Source of the DNA: Haliotis cracherodii
Lineage: Eukaryota
Reading direction: 5' to 3'
NCBI RefSeq assembly: GCF_022045235.1
Contig: NW_027266297.1
Location: forward strand, 53,816,001-53,880,000
Length of the DNA stretch: 64,000 bases
The position numbers were made by a program, and so were the translations under genes. Positions 1 to 12,424 of this stretch are shown here, in pieces. Position 1 is the stretch's first letter. Every line of letters begins with the position of its first letter. The notes below the pieces were generated by a model that was given only the letters and a program-made list of their open reading frames with translations, had not been told where the DNA came from and ran no database searches.

Positions 1-1806
1 ATTTGCATTTGCAGTGGGGCGACACACCAATCATGATTTATTACTGCTCGATACAAGCAGTGAAAATATGTCATGAAAACATAAATATTTTCACCCATTG
101 CGCCATACTTGACACTGTCAACTGTAAGTCATCAGTGTGCCAGGTATTTGGCCACCCTGTCTATGAAAGAGAAGGCTTACCCACCACATGCCACAGTGCA
201 CATGCCAGTTTTGTGATAAATATCAGATCACAAGAAAGAAATCGTGATACGTATCAGATCGCAAGTTGGTGTATCGTCCTGGCCCTAATCAGCATCCAGG
301 TGTTTAAATTCTCAGTACGAGAGTGAAGCCTTCAGAGCAGCAGAAGATTTCTCTATCTCGAAAAAGAACATAAACAGACAGTTCTGAAAGAAAAGGTAAT
401 AATAGCTGAGCTTTAAATACTGTGGATATTTTACACACTGTGCTGTGGCACAGCAGTATGATATCTCTACACCCTAATAAACGATGTATCCAATATGTGT
501 ACTTTGTCAGTTTTCATTGGTTAAATTCAAAATTTCCCAATAGAATTCAAGGGCAAGAAAGCAGAAAAACGGACACCTGCCGACATTTTGGTACGGGACG
601 TACATGAGCTGATTCTTTTGTGACGTTCTCTTACTTTTTCAGGCACCATTTTTGTCGCCTTGCTAAAATAACAGGGGGTTTGAGGGCTTGCCCCCCACAC
701 AATAGCTGGAATGATTTCATATGTAAATGTTTATTGTTAAATTACCAAAGTAGATACAAAATATATGTTCGCTGAAATGTGGCTCTGATGGATGTCAGTG
801 ATGAGGTTGTCGCATGTCATTATGGAACTTATAATTTTGAGTACTTTTTCAATGTTCCAATTTTCGACGTTTATGCATATATTCAATTTCAAGGTTTAAT
901 TATATAAACCAAACAAGGGTAATTTTTTCTGCTTATTAGGGGCTTTATCGCCCTATGTTTCAAATAATGGTGCTGCCGTGTGCGGCTTTATTAGTAGCAC
1001 AAAACAAACATGGCCGATAGGTGTCAGGTATAATGCATGTGCACCGAATTCAAGCATCATTCATTTAGATTGGGATTGCTCAGGGTTCACACAATGCGAC
1101 TTGATATGCAAATCCTTCTTGTGTGAGAAAAGAAGGATGGTCTGGTATTTGCTTAGGTATTTGAATCTAGGGACAATATAAATCTGACATTTGGGTTATG
1201 ACAAGGCCCCCTTTACATACATGCATAATTTGGAACAGCATGCTTACCCTTTGATAATCAGGTGCACAAATTGTTGAAAAAATCCTCTTATTGGTGACTT
1301 GAAAAAGGGGTACATGCAGTCAAAATATGTTTCACAGAGGGCCACAAAACACAAGCTGACATATATTGTGCCTTCAAAGAAACCTTTACACTGGACAGTA
1401 GAAACTGAATGGTTATTTCCTTGATAAGTTTGAAATTTCCTTTATGTTATATGCACACTTAATGCAGTCATGGTTTAACTTTTGGACATACAAATCTCAC
1501 AAAGTACAAATCACAGTGGGTACATGTTACTTGGTTACAGAACACAAGTATTGCATATATTCTGTGAGGACCGTTGACACACGAAGACTTTAAAGGAGGA
1601 TTTACATAAAAGGCAGATAAGTGAGTTTGGTTTTACACCTCTTTTAGCAATATTTCAGTATAATCATGGTGGGGGACACTGTACCTATGTGGGAAACTGA
1701 CCCTGGGTCTTCTGCATGATGAACGAACGCTTAACCACTAAGACACCCCACAAAAAGCAGATGATATCAAACTGAATACAAAATAATCAACTTTGAGGAT
1801 ATTTAC

Positions 1807-2760
1807 TACATCTTTGAGCATGCTGTGCAAGTTATTTTGAGGACAGGTATCGTGTTCCCTTGAAACCAGTTTATTAATGACCCAAATGTGATGTCTATCA
1901 ATATCAAGGCCTTCAGTCAAGTTCAGGTTAGACACCTTTATCAGATAAACCTGAAAAAAATATCCTGTTAAATTGCTTGCTTGACATAATCAAAGACGAT
2001 GTACATTACTAGGGACTAGATGCAACGAATTATATATCCTGTACTTAACACCAGAAAAATATCCTAGAACCAAAAAGTCCAATTTTGACAGAATGAGAGT
2101 AATGCAAACCATTATCTAGTCATAGACATGTGAAATATCATAACAAATATTATATGTCCATAAGACATCGGGGTCATGACAATTGTTTGGTGATATCTTT
2201 TTCTTACTATCAGATTAAAACGTGATTAATTCACAAAGAGGAAGTGGTATCTTGCATTTGCTGCGGAAATTCTGTTGTGTTACTTCGAACAAACGCAAAG
2301 CTGCTATAATTAGACCATTCTCAAACGTCACAGACACAACTCATCTGGTTGTTTTCAATCTTAAATGCAGAAATAGTTCACGTGTTTGATTATGTTGTGA
2401 GTCTGTACTTCGATTTCATCGCAAAACATCAGTTTGCACAAAAACTGCATTATCCCGTGTGTTTTGACGTACGGTATGGCGATCGAAAAAGAGAATAATC
2501 GGCGAGTTCCGGGCAACAGACGAACGAGTTAATGCATGCTTTTCCAGTTCACTGCACGGTTACACTAAGGCGAAGGACAGAATAATACCCAGACGACCGA
2601 ATCATACAATAACTGCACATGAGAACCAAAAATACAACACTGAAGCACATTCACTTACAGTCACACACCACCATCGGCATGGAGCAGTTGTCAACTCTGA
2701 AATCTCGCCTCCGCCCCACGTGACGATATCTTCGCGCCCGCATCCGCGAGAGGTCGCCAT
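1807..2760 (-). CDS. Putative first two exons (2760-2659 and 1950-~1807) of an unidentified gene running off to the left
   Basis: CpG-rich patch; gtcATGGCG start, 34 codons, donor ACT|gtaagt. Strong acceptor tttttttcag at 1951 continues in phase 0 (VYLIKVSNLNLTEGLDIDRHHIWVINKLVSREHDTCPQNNLHSMLKDV). No family recognised. Confidence 0.45.
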
Positions 2761-4415
2761 GACCTTATTTATAGCAGACGAAGTTCCTAGACAATCGTGA
2801 ATAAATTACTAGACTTGTTGTAGCAACGATCATCAACACTACTGTTTGAGGTATAGCAATTATTTTCAATTACTTTGATTTGTTCTCAATATTAGTTCCT
2901 TGTTTAACCTATTTTTTGCTGTCATTTCGAGAAAAAAAAACGTGTTTGTATAATATATTACTATCTACAAACATAGTCATGTTTGTAAATTAACGATTTC
3001 GAAATAAATTTTTATCAATGAACTGCGCATGAATTGAAGTAACATATTATTTTCAGAGGGCAAACTTAAATTAATTTGCCAAAAAATATTGGGGAAATGA
3101 ACCTGATCATGTCAAATATGATCAAATATGCCTTACTCCTAATATGGGCAACGTGAGCAACACTAAACAAATAGTGCTATAATGTCTTATAAAAACAACT
3201 TTTTTCGGTGTTTTGCTACTAACCTGATAAAAACGACATTTTCATTTATCATCCAAAACTGCCTTCCACAGGAGATATCGATTGTGTATGATTAAGCAAT
3301 ATTTCCTAGGAGATATCACTACAATGAAATTGCACCACAATACTACGGTGGCCCATACCCGACACTGGTGAGATCATTTTTCACTGTATGCCTCTATATT
3401 TTATCTGGCGAGATCATTTTTCACTGTATGCCTCTCTATTTTGCCAGATACTTTTCGTTTCAAATTGGCATACCACGTGTGACCAGAATTACTTCCAGAC
3501 CAGTGCCCTGGCAATCGACAGGTTGGAGATTGTATCCTAAGATTGAACTTTGATTCTAAAGTATGTATCACCTGCTTGATGAGCCATTAGCAGAGAATTA
3601 GAAGTGCTGATTGGGTACTACGCCGGGGCTAATTCTCACATAATGACAAATGAAAAGTCACTCACACATACACAGCTACCTCACACACGTTGACCACTGC
3701 ATGGTTACTCACATAATTATACAGTGTTCATAGTCACTCACAATAGGCCTATATAGAGTGAACTGTATAGTCACTCAAATACATTGACCACTGTGTCATG
3801 TCATATGTCATGTCATAATTTTTTTATCATGTATTGAAAAGGACAATCCCCCGAGAGCTTAATTTTGCCACATATAGTCAATTTACTGGGACATCACTAT
3901 GGCAACGGTGTCCATAGCTTCCATATATTTGCAAACCCCAGGGCCACCGTACAATACCATTGAAGCGTCATCGGTTACCATGACGTCACACCCAAATGAC
4001 ATCAATAAGCCACTGAATCGGTGTAGTACTATTTACACAGAGGACACTGGTACAAACTGAAAAAAAGTTGGAAGAATGAATTTGGATGGTAAACAGAATC
4101 GCGGCATGCCCCGGAGTTAAGCGTTTGTCGACTCATGTTACTATTTTTGATATCAAAAGCCACTCGAATAGGATTTCTCTATCTTTTCCCTTATTCTTTG
4201 GTGGAAACCAAATTAAACCAAAGTGGTCCGTATATGATTAACAAAATCGAGTTAGTACAAAGACACACCAAGCATGTTAGACTATGTGTGTAATGATAAT
4301 TTAACGCACAATCCTTTGATGACGTAATAAAGACTGCATTGTCATGTAATGACGTCACAGCCGATCACAATGTTGACTGTTATCCCAACCATACGGTTTC
4401 CAATATAATAGATAG

Positions 4416-4950
4416 TTATACAATGTGAATAATACGTAGATTATTACATAACGAAGCGTGCTGTATTTCACGATGAAACATTGTTCTATCATGACGTCAT
4501 TTCTGGAGATTTGAACATGCGCTCGCAACTTGATGACGTCGTAAATAGGACGCGTTATTTTTTAGAGGACAATATCTATAGAGTTGTTCCTCATAGATGT
4601 AGCCGGACAGCATAGATGTAGCTGAACGATCGTACCCAATAGTGGGAGAGATATGACAATCGGTATTGGGAGAAAAGGTGCTAATAATCGACGCGAAAAT
4701 CGTGAGAATACCGAACTTAATCTCCCTGTACATAAAATGGAGTTGACCGACATTGCCGAGGTCGGATTGTATTCTGGGAGTCATCATTATTGAAATACTG
4801 GTAAATGTTTTTAAAGCTTGTAGGATTTTTTGACATCCTTAATAAGGCTGTACAAAATGTTGATATCTCGTATAAGAAATACACGACTCGTGCTCGTTGT
4901 TTATCGTACAATAAAACACTGCCAACGACCACGAGTCATTTCTTTCTTAA
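4416..4950. mobile_element. Unclassified interspersed repeat, copy 1 (copy 2 at 5761-6184)
   Basis: Shared ATTTCACGAT.AAACA..GTT.TATCATGAC.TCATTTCTGGAGATT.GAACATG.GCTCGCAACTT, GAGATA.GACAATC.GTATTGGGAGAAAA and terminal TTCTTAA. Confidence 0.78.
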
Positions 4951-5760
4951 ATAATATATTCAACTAATTCAGCTAAATCCGACTAAATATATTTAAACCT
5001 GCCGACAAAGGACAACTAGCGTATCAGAGATTTGCATTTAAAACTAGTCTGTAACCATAAAATATAACTATTAATAACAATACATTTTAACAACGGACTC
5101 TGAATCACCAGCAACCAAATTTAGGCCATCATGTGGGACTTACGGTACACAAGCTACCTACACGGTTCCCCAGCAGGATTTAAACCATCTCTTTAGTCAC
5201 TGGTGATTATTGACAAATTATAGCCTGAAATTAAAACAAACAATTATCCTGCGATTAAGACACTGGTACATAAAAATACACTGAATGACGTAGGCTATAA
5301 TTGAAAGATAAGAAAACATCATTACAAAATAGAGACATCTGAACTTCTGATTGTTAATGATGTAGTTGTGACGATACTGAACAATCTGAAAGCGTTTATC
5401 TCCAGGTATTACCCAAGTAAAAATATAAATAGATGATATTTATGTTTTCTTGTCAAATAACTTACCAGTATTTATTTCATTGAGCGACCTGCCAAAGTTA
5501 ATTATTTTGTCATGTGAAAATGTCGACTGTGTCAGGTCACGAGATGAGTTAAACATGTCATCTGACAGGTAAACACTCATCTTCACGACCTTACAAAAGT
5601 GAGGGGCGGTCGGGTAGCCCATTTCTGGTGTCCCCCGCCGTGATATTGATGGAATATTGCTAAAAGCGACGCAAAACCATACTCACTCATTCACTTACAA
5701 TAGTGTCGTTGAATTCCAGCATTATGTGTTATTTCATTTGAGTGGGATAACAGTTATTCT

Positions 5761-6184
5761 ATTATATAAGATATTTACGCGCTACATCGCAAAGAACAGT
5801 GAAGAAAAAAAGCGTGCTTTATTTCACGATAAAACAATGTTATCATGACATCATTTCTGGAGATTCGAACATGTGCTCGCAACTTCATGACGCTGTAAAT
5901 AAGATGACGTTATCTTTTAGAGGGAAGTGTCTACTGAGATGTTCTCCATAGATGTAGTTGGCCACCGCAGATGAACGCAATGGCCGAACTATGCATTCAA
6001 AAGTGTGAGAGATAAGACAATCTGTATTGGGAGAAAATGTACATAGAATGGACGTGAAAATTCTGTACATTCTATTAACATCGTTGAAGAGGCTGTACAA
6101 TATATTGATACGTCATGATTTATTTTCCCTGCAGTGTTTTATTGTACGATGATAAACAACTCCCACTCGTCGTTTATTTCTTAA
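5761..6184. mobile_element. Unclassified interspersed repeat, copy 2
   Basis: Direct homology to 4416-4950. Confidence 0.78.
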
Positions 6185-6366
6185 GTAATATTCACAATGT
6201 GATGTCATACGCCAACAGTGCTATAGACTCGTGATATAATTACAACGCGTACGCAGAATACAGATTTTATTAACTTGTCGATACGGGCTACCGAATACCG
6301 ACTCTGTCTTTGATCTAATATATGTCTACATTTCATTTTTGTAGCACAGAGCATTTATTATGCATA

Positions 6367-7555
6367 CGAGAGGTGCCTAAAAATACTACGGATGGCTGAG
6401 ACCCACAACGAAGAATGTTAAGTACACCCTTAACAGTTCGCATGTACTAAGTACAATACATTCTATGTTGCATTTGGACCAAATGCACAAACCAACAGCA
6501 TATTGATGTTTCTTTGTTATTTAATTCCACTCAGCAATTTTCGAGCTATATGATAGCGGTCTGTAAATAATCGAATCTGGACCAGACAATCAAGTGATAG
6601 ACATCATGATCGGAGATGATCCAAGATCAGATCAGGAAGACCTTCAACTGCACCACATAGTCAATACAGTGGGCATCTCTCATGAGAGAATTGAGAACAT
6701 CCCGAGGAATTAACAGGGCGTAACATAGGTTAACCATCTCTCGTGAGTATTTACGGCGTTTTGAAGCAGCTATAGTCTGTCTCCCAGACCCTGGAGAATA
6801 AATGAAAACATAAACCCAATTCAAGCATAGAATGATTTGACAAGTCTAGAAAATAAGCATTGTTCTGGTCTTCATTTGGATTATATTTTTATTTTGTAGA
6901 TATATTTTGAATAAGAAAACTTAATTTCTGGGACTAAATGTTAATCTCAAGCAGACCCAGCTGATTGTTTTGAGCGAATTGTAACCATGGGTTCACCGCC
7001 ATCAGTCAGAGACTAAACAACAGTCAACGCAGTAGAAACATCAAACGTCTCCTGCTCCAAAGAGGCTATAGTCTGTTGAAACAGTTGGCTAGGGGATGGC
7101 TTCGGGCTTTTTTGGATTCCAAAGGAATCATACTGGTGGACTACCTAACGAAAGGCCAGACCATTAGCGTTTGATGTTATGCTAATCTGCGTGAGAATAT
7201 GAAGGCTAAATGTCGTTGTTCCACAGAACAATGCACCTGTGAACAAATCTGTTGAAGCCATGCTTGCAATGCATAACTAGGCTTTGAACTCATTGAACTT
7301 CCTCCGTATTCACCAAATTTGACACCGTCCGATTTACACCGCTTGAAGAAGGAACTGTCTGGCAAACATTATGCATTATTTCTGATGTTGAGGACTTGTT
7401 CACGCCACCGGGAGGTAGCCTTCTACACTGGCGTGATCCGGACTGGCAGGCATCGTTGGCAGAAGTGTGTCAACCTCGGAGGAAATAACATTATTAGTAA
7501 CCAACTCCATCAACGCAGGTCATAGTCAGGCTTCGAACTGTTCAACCACCCCTCG
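6367..7555 (+). mobile_element. Decayed mariner (Tc1/mariner, DD34D-type) transposon
   Basis: TA|CGAGAGGTG...CACCCCTCG|TA termini. Frameshifted transposase remnants at ~6990-7495: FWDSKGIILVDYL.KGQTI, LGFELIELPPYSPNLTPSD, LKKELSG, RWQKCVNLGG. Contains a nested SINE fragment at ~6510-6612. Confidence 0.88.
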
Positions 7556-8910
7556 TATATGTGACTTGCCCCTGATTGTTGTATGTACAATGACAGTTTG
7601 TCTTTACACGCAATCTACCGGTCTTCAGGGGCTTTCAGCTTAGGGTATATACACAACTAATATAATGGTTCATGTAAGTCCAATATAAGATGCCCAATCA
7701 GAATGGAATATATTTAAGACTTTTCTTTCATATTCAAATAGTCAGTTAGCTCGTCTGTACATGTGTCTGCAAGCTTGCTGTTGCTGCGGAAAACAACATT
7801 CATCCATTCAATCGTTCCATGGCGCACCTCCACTAATCACGTCCATGTGGCTGTGTGTACACATACCTCGTACATACTGTAGGTTTAAGGGTTCTAAAGA
7901 CGTGTCCTGTGTGCAGATATATCTGGTTACTCACTATAACGAATGCTGAAGCCTTCTAACACAGACTGGTTCATGACAGTATTGCCTTACGTCACCTTTA
8001 CTAAATATACGAGTATCCGGATCTACTCAGTGATCTATTTCGATAAAAACCCGCTTGGATCATGCATTCGCCAAAATTCATCTCACAAGGAGCGGTAATA
8101 ATCTTTGCAGTTTTAAGGATTTGACCATCCAAATAAAATACAACTCACAAATCGCATTTTCACATTGAAATATGAATGTACTTTGAACAAACTACATACC
8201 ATAAACATAATTATTACACCATTTTCAGTATACTGTTCCACAGTATGATGTCAATCCGTGTTTTGTTTGTTTACATGTTTGTTGTTTAACGCGGCGTGCA
8301 CTCAGCAACATTCCAGCTGTATGAAGGCGGTCTGTGAATCGTGTCTGGATCATACAATTCAGAGATTGATATTATGAGCAACAATACACCCAATCATGGT
8401 ACGCAATGAAATCATTCTCGAGCCTGACCACCCAGATCCGCCTCTTACCACAAGCATATGGTTGCTGGGGACTTATTCTGTACCCTGAATCCAAACAGGG
8501 CGCTCCTCAGACACCTGAAGATGTTAACAACAAGCAACACAGTTTGTTTCACAGTTTGGAATGGCTGTCTCCATCACCTGTGACAACCGACGGTTGGAAA
8601 GGGAAACTTGACCGTTTTATAATAATGGACATCCTCGAAAGCCTGGAAATATTGCCAGGGCAGAACCAGCCCTGCGTTAACGAAACACGCTGAAGGTGCA
8701 AGGTTGTTCTTTGTATATATAGGCTGCTATACAGTTGGAAAACAACCATAGCTTTGGTCCCTCATAAACATCAGGACGCCTATTGTTTCTTGTCCACCCT
8801 CTACTGACTAACCATATCCTGTGGTCAGGCTCGCTGACTTGGTTGCTGCATGTCATCGTATCCCAATTGCGTGGATCGATGCTCATGATATCAATCACTG
8901 GATTGTCTGG

Positions 8911-8911
<1 letters not shown>

Positions 8912-8955
<44 letters not shown>

Positions 8956-9225
8956 GGTGGATGTGTACCAGTCCGGACTGATGCCGATTTCTGTTAGCAC
9001 ACTGAGATACCATGCTGCAGTTTCACATGAATACTAGTACCCCACTCAGACACAGTATACTGACTCCAAGCCGACCAGTCCTTGTTTTAGCCCCTTAATG
9101 CCGAGCGCCAGACTGGGTAACAACAAGTCACATCTTTTCACGTCTTTTGGTATGACACGGCAGGGGATCGAACTCCGGACCTTCCGCTCTCCAGAGGACT
9201 CTCTACCACTAGACCACAGAGGCGA
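8912..9225 (-). mobile_element. SINE family C copy with (TG)n, 3' end missing
   Basis: Highly similar to 9450-9720. Confidence 0.88.
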
Positions 9226-9369
9226 ACATTATGCCTAAGGAAATTTGTTTTTCCATAATGAGGAACTCAACAGCAAGGAACATTATAAATACAGATATAT
9301 AATGTCAAATATATTATCATTGCTTGTGTTGAACCCGTTTAGCTTTTCAGACTGATATATTGGTTGAGA

Positions 9370-9722
9370 GGTGAGGTGAAATGGGGTTTAACGTCGCGTC
9401 CAAGATTATTGCACTTATATAGCGACGTGCATGCACGTGTATGTGTGTGTGTGGCTGCTTGTACTAGTCCGGACTGATGCCGATTTATAGTGCTAGCACA
9501 CTGAGATACCATGCCGCAGATTAACATGAATACCCCACTCAGACACAGTATACTGACCCCGAGCCGACCAGTCCTTGTTTTAGCCCCTTAATGCCGAGCG
9601 CCAGACAGGGTAACAACAAGTACCATCTTTTAACGTCTTTTGGTATGACGCGGCTGGGGATCGAACCCCCGGACCTTCCGCTCTCCGGGCGGACGCTCTA
9701 CCTTTAGACCACGGAGGCGGTC
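9370..9722 (-). mobile_element. tRNA-derived SINE family C (V-SINE-like core), full length
   Basis: Head GACCGCCTCCGTGGTCTAAAGGTAGAGCGTCCGCC..GGTTCGATCCC; V-domain-like GTCATACCAAAAGACGTTAAAAGATGGTACTTGTTG..GCGCTCGGCATTAAGGG (family name recalled, not searched); 13-bp TSD ATATTGGTTGAGA. Confidence 0.92.
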
Positions 9723-10506
9723 ATATTGGTTGAGAAGACTGACACTATTGGTATAAACTCGGAAAATGTTTGTTTAAGTTTTCAGTACATGCAGCGGTCT
9801 TCCAGAAAGTACATGTTCATTTGTTTTAAAGCCATATCCAGCTATATGACATAGGTTCGTAAGTAATCGAGTCTGGACAGGACAATCAAGTGATTGATAT
9901 CATGAGCATGGATCCACGCCATTGGAATACAATGACATGCATCAACCAAGTCAGTGAGCCTGGTCACCTGATCCTGTTTATCGCCTCTTACCAAAGAAAG
10001 GGTTACTGAAGGCCAATTCTAACCCACATTTTCATATGCAGTGAATACATTTAGCATTTCACTTGATTTTTGTTGTTTAATATTCTTCTTTTTTCATAGT
10101 AGATGTCCACATTTACATATCAATATATTTGTGTAAGTTTGTTACGTTATAAGTGTTCCATTATTACTACCTACTTTACCAATTGAAATATGATTCCGTT
10201 AGCTTAAATATGAACAATAATGATGAAAATCGTCAATAGGATATATTACAATTAAGTACAAAACACACAGAGTATTTCTCAAATAAATAAGAAAACTAAG
10301 TTCATTCTAGTAATTAATCTTCTTCTGGACAACCATAGACATTCCAATGCATTTATATATACATATAATTATACAACAATGTACGATAACGACCTCAATC
10401 CTCCCCCACACCCATACTTGAATCACGATTGTACGATAAACCCTGTACCAACCCTGACAAGGATAGGTTCTAGTCATTTAACGCCTTTGACACTAAACTT
10501 ATAAGG

Positions 10507-10710
10507 TTATTACAATTTACGTAAAAAGTTATTACATTTTACCGCAAGTTGAGATTATTACAATTTACGTCAATTTTTATTACAATTTGCGCATTACAAT
10601 TTACGTCAAATTTTATTACAATTTACGTTGTTATTACAATTTACGTCAAAATTATTACAATTTGCTGCAAGTATTACAATTTACCTTTTTATTACAATTT
10701 ACGTCGTAAC
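10507..10710. repeat. Short tandem TTATTACAATTTACG repeats, likely subterminal repeats of a DNA-transposon end
   Basis: About 10 copies of TTATTACAATTT(A/G)C, ending abruptly in GTCGTAACA. Confidence 0.75.
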
Positions 10711-10963
10711 ATGGCCTCCTTGACTCAGATGGCACAATTTCCTGATTTAGTCAGCAGTTGTCTGGCAATGGTGGGTTCGAATCCTATATTTGTCCTGATA
10801 ATGATTCTTGGTTTGTCTGCACCATACCATGCACATGGGTTTCACCACACTGGTTCTTCCGAATTAAACTTACAGCTTGTGATATAATACTGTGTAAACA
10901 CTAACACACTCACTATGAAACATAATCCATAAAACACTCAAAATTGAATTGATAATTAAAAGT

Positions 10964-10969
10964 TTTATT
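10964..10969 (-). terminator. Candidate TRMT13 polyadenylation signal
   Basis: AATAAA on the minus strand at the end of a ~1.3 kb repeat-free stretch after the stop codon. Confidence 0.4.
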
Positions 10970-12240
10970 TCCAGCCTGGCCACACAGCACACATGTTACA
11001 AATCGTATTCCTTGTCAATATCCTCTAGACACACATAAACATGAAGTCAATACATTATAAAAAGACAAAAATAAAATTACAATACTTACAAAAAATGGAT
11101 GGGATTATCACTGTTAGCACCAGAAACAGTGGTTTGTTTGTGTCCAGGACTGTAGAGAAATGTTTAAGTAAAAGTGCATTCCAAATTTAACTATTGAAAT
11201 GGTTACCGTCCTTCCCCTAATGACTGACTTTAAATGCATTTCATTAGGCCGCAAAAAATATATAATTAGATTACATGTGAGGCACGCATGTTATGTATTT
11301 TTATTTTTTTTGAACAAACTGTTCAAGACATCTGTGAACATAAACACTTGTGAATCACATGAAGCATGAATGTTTGGTAGTAGTGAGTGCGTGGTGTATT
11401 TCATCAAGTAAAGAAAGAAGGCACCCAGATAGTGATTTTCTTTATCTGTAGGTACTTGGGGGCTATACCATGATGTGAAGCAGTGAAGGGGGCAACAAAA
11501 GAAACCTAATGACGTATATTTATTATGGCCTCACTGAAAATAGTTTACAGACTGGACAGGAAGAAAAAATATTCTGTAAACTAAAATTTTAATGTCATCG
11601 TTGAACCAATCATTAAAAATAAATTCAAGTAACAAGTGAAACATATTCAAACGACCCGGGTGTTGTTCTGCAAATGAAATCAGCATTGCCAGGTGCTAGA
11701 AGAGTATAATGCTGACAGTTATAAGGACACCCGCTGGTAGGAAGATTTCACACAGATGTATCACGCCTCTGTTCATGGCTTGCAACACTTAATACAAGCC
11801 AGGTTATGTACATTAGATACCAACACAACTGGTCAACATGTAGCTGCAGTTGACTATCTCAGTGCTGCTCTCTACACACAACTTAGATTTTGACTTGTCG
11901 CTACACACCGCTAGGGGCGTCCCACTGATCCACACGTCAAAATATACATTGATTACAGGAGCAGCACAGAGATTTGGTTACCACAGCTGGTAAGTACTGA
12001 CCCCTCACAGATCAGTCATGGCACAATGACTATCATACATCTATGTTAAAGTATAGGAGATATGTTTGTTGTGTCATCGCAACTGTCTGTGAGAGGGTAC
12101 AGGACAAAAAACAAATAAGCTATTTCATGAACAGACATATTTGTCATCAATTACAGTATTCTGTTTCCAAAAGAAGACAGATTTCAAGCTTCCAGAAAAA
12201 ATGACATTTTATGAGTATTGTGTATGCTGCCTTGGGTCAC

Positions 12241-12424
12241 TCAGTCTTTGAAAGGTTTAGCGATCAGGACAATGTTTTCTGGTGTGAGGTGGTGGTCGAT
12301 GTACTCCCTTAAGTTGCTGTCCATTTGGTATTGTTGGAGGTACTTGATGCGTCCGTAGTCTATGAGGCGCTTGCACCGTCGCCCAATTTCTTCTCTCTCA
12401 GTCTCACTCAGCTTCAACCCAGAC
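12241..12424 (-). CDS. TRMT13: TRMT13 exon 14 (terminal)
   Basis: ttccag|SGLKLSETEREEIGRRCKRLIDYGRIKYLQQYQMDSNLREYIDHHLTPENIVLIAKPFKD*. Confidence 0.95.

Noticed and set aside
3-326. 107-aa plus-strand ORF at the window start
   Set aside because: Non-ATG start, no recognisable domain and no consistent splice context.
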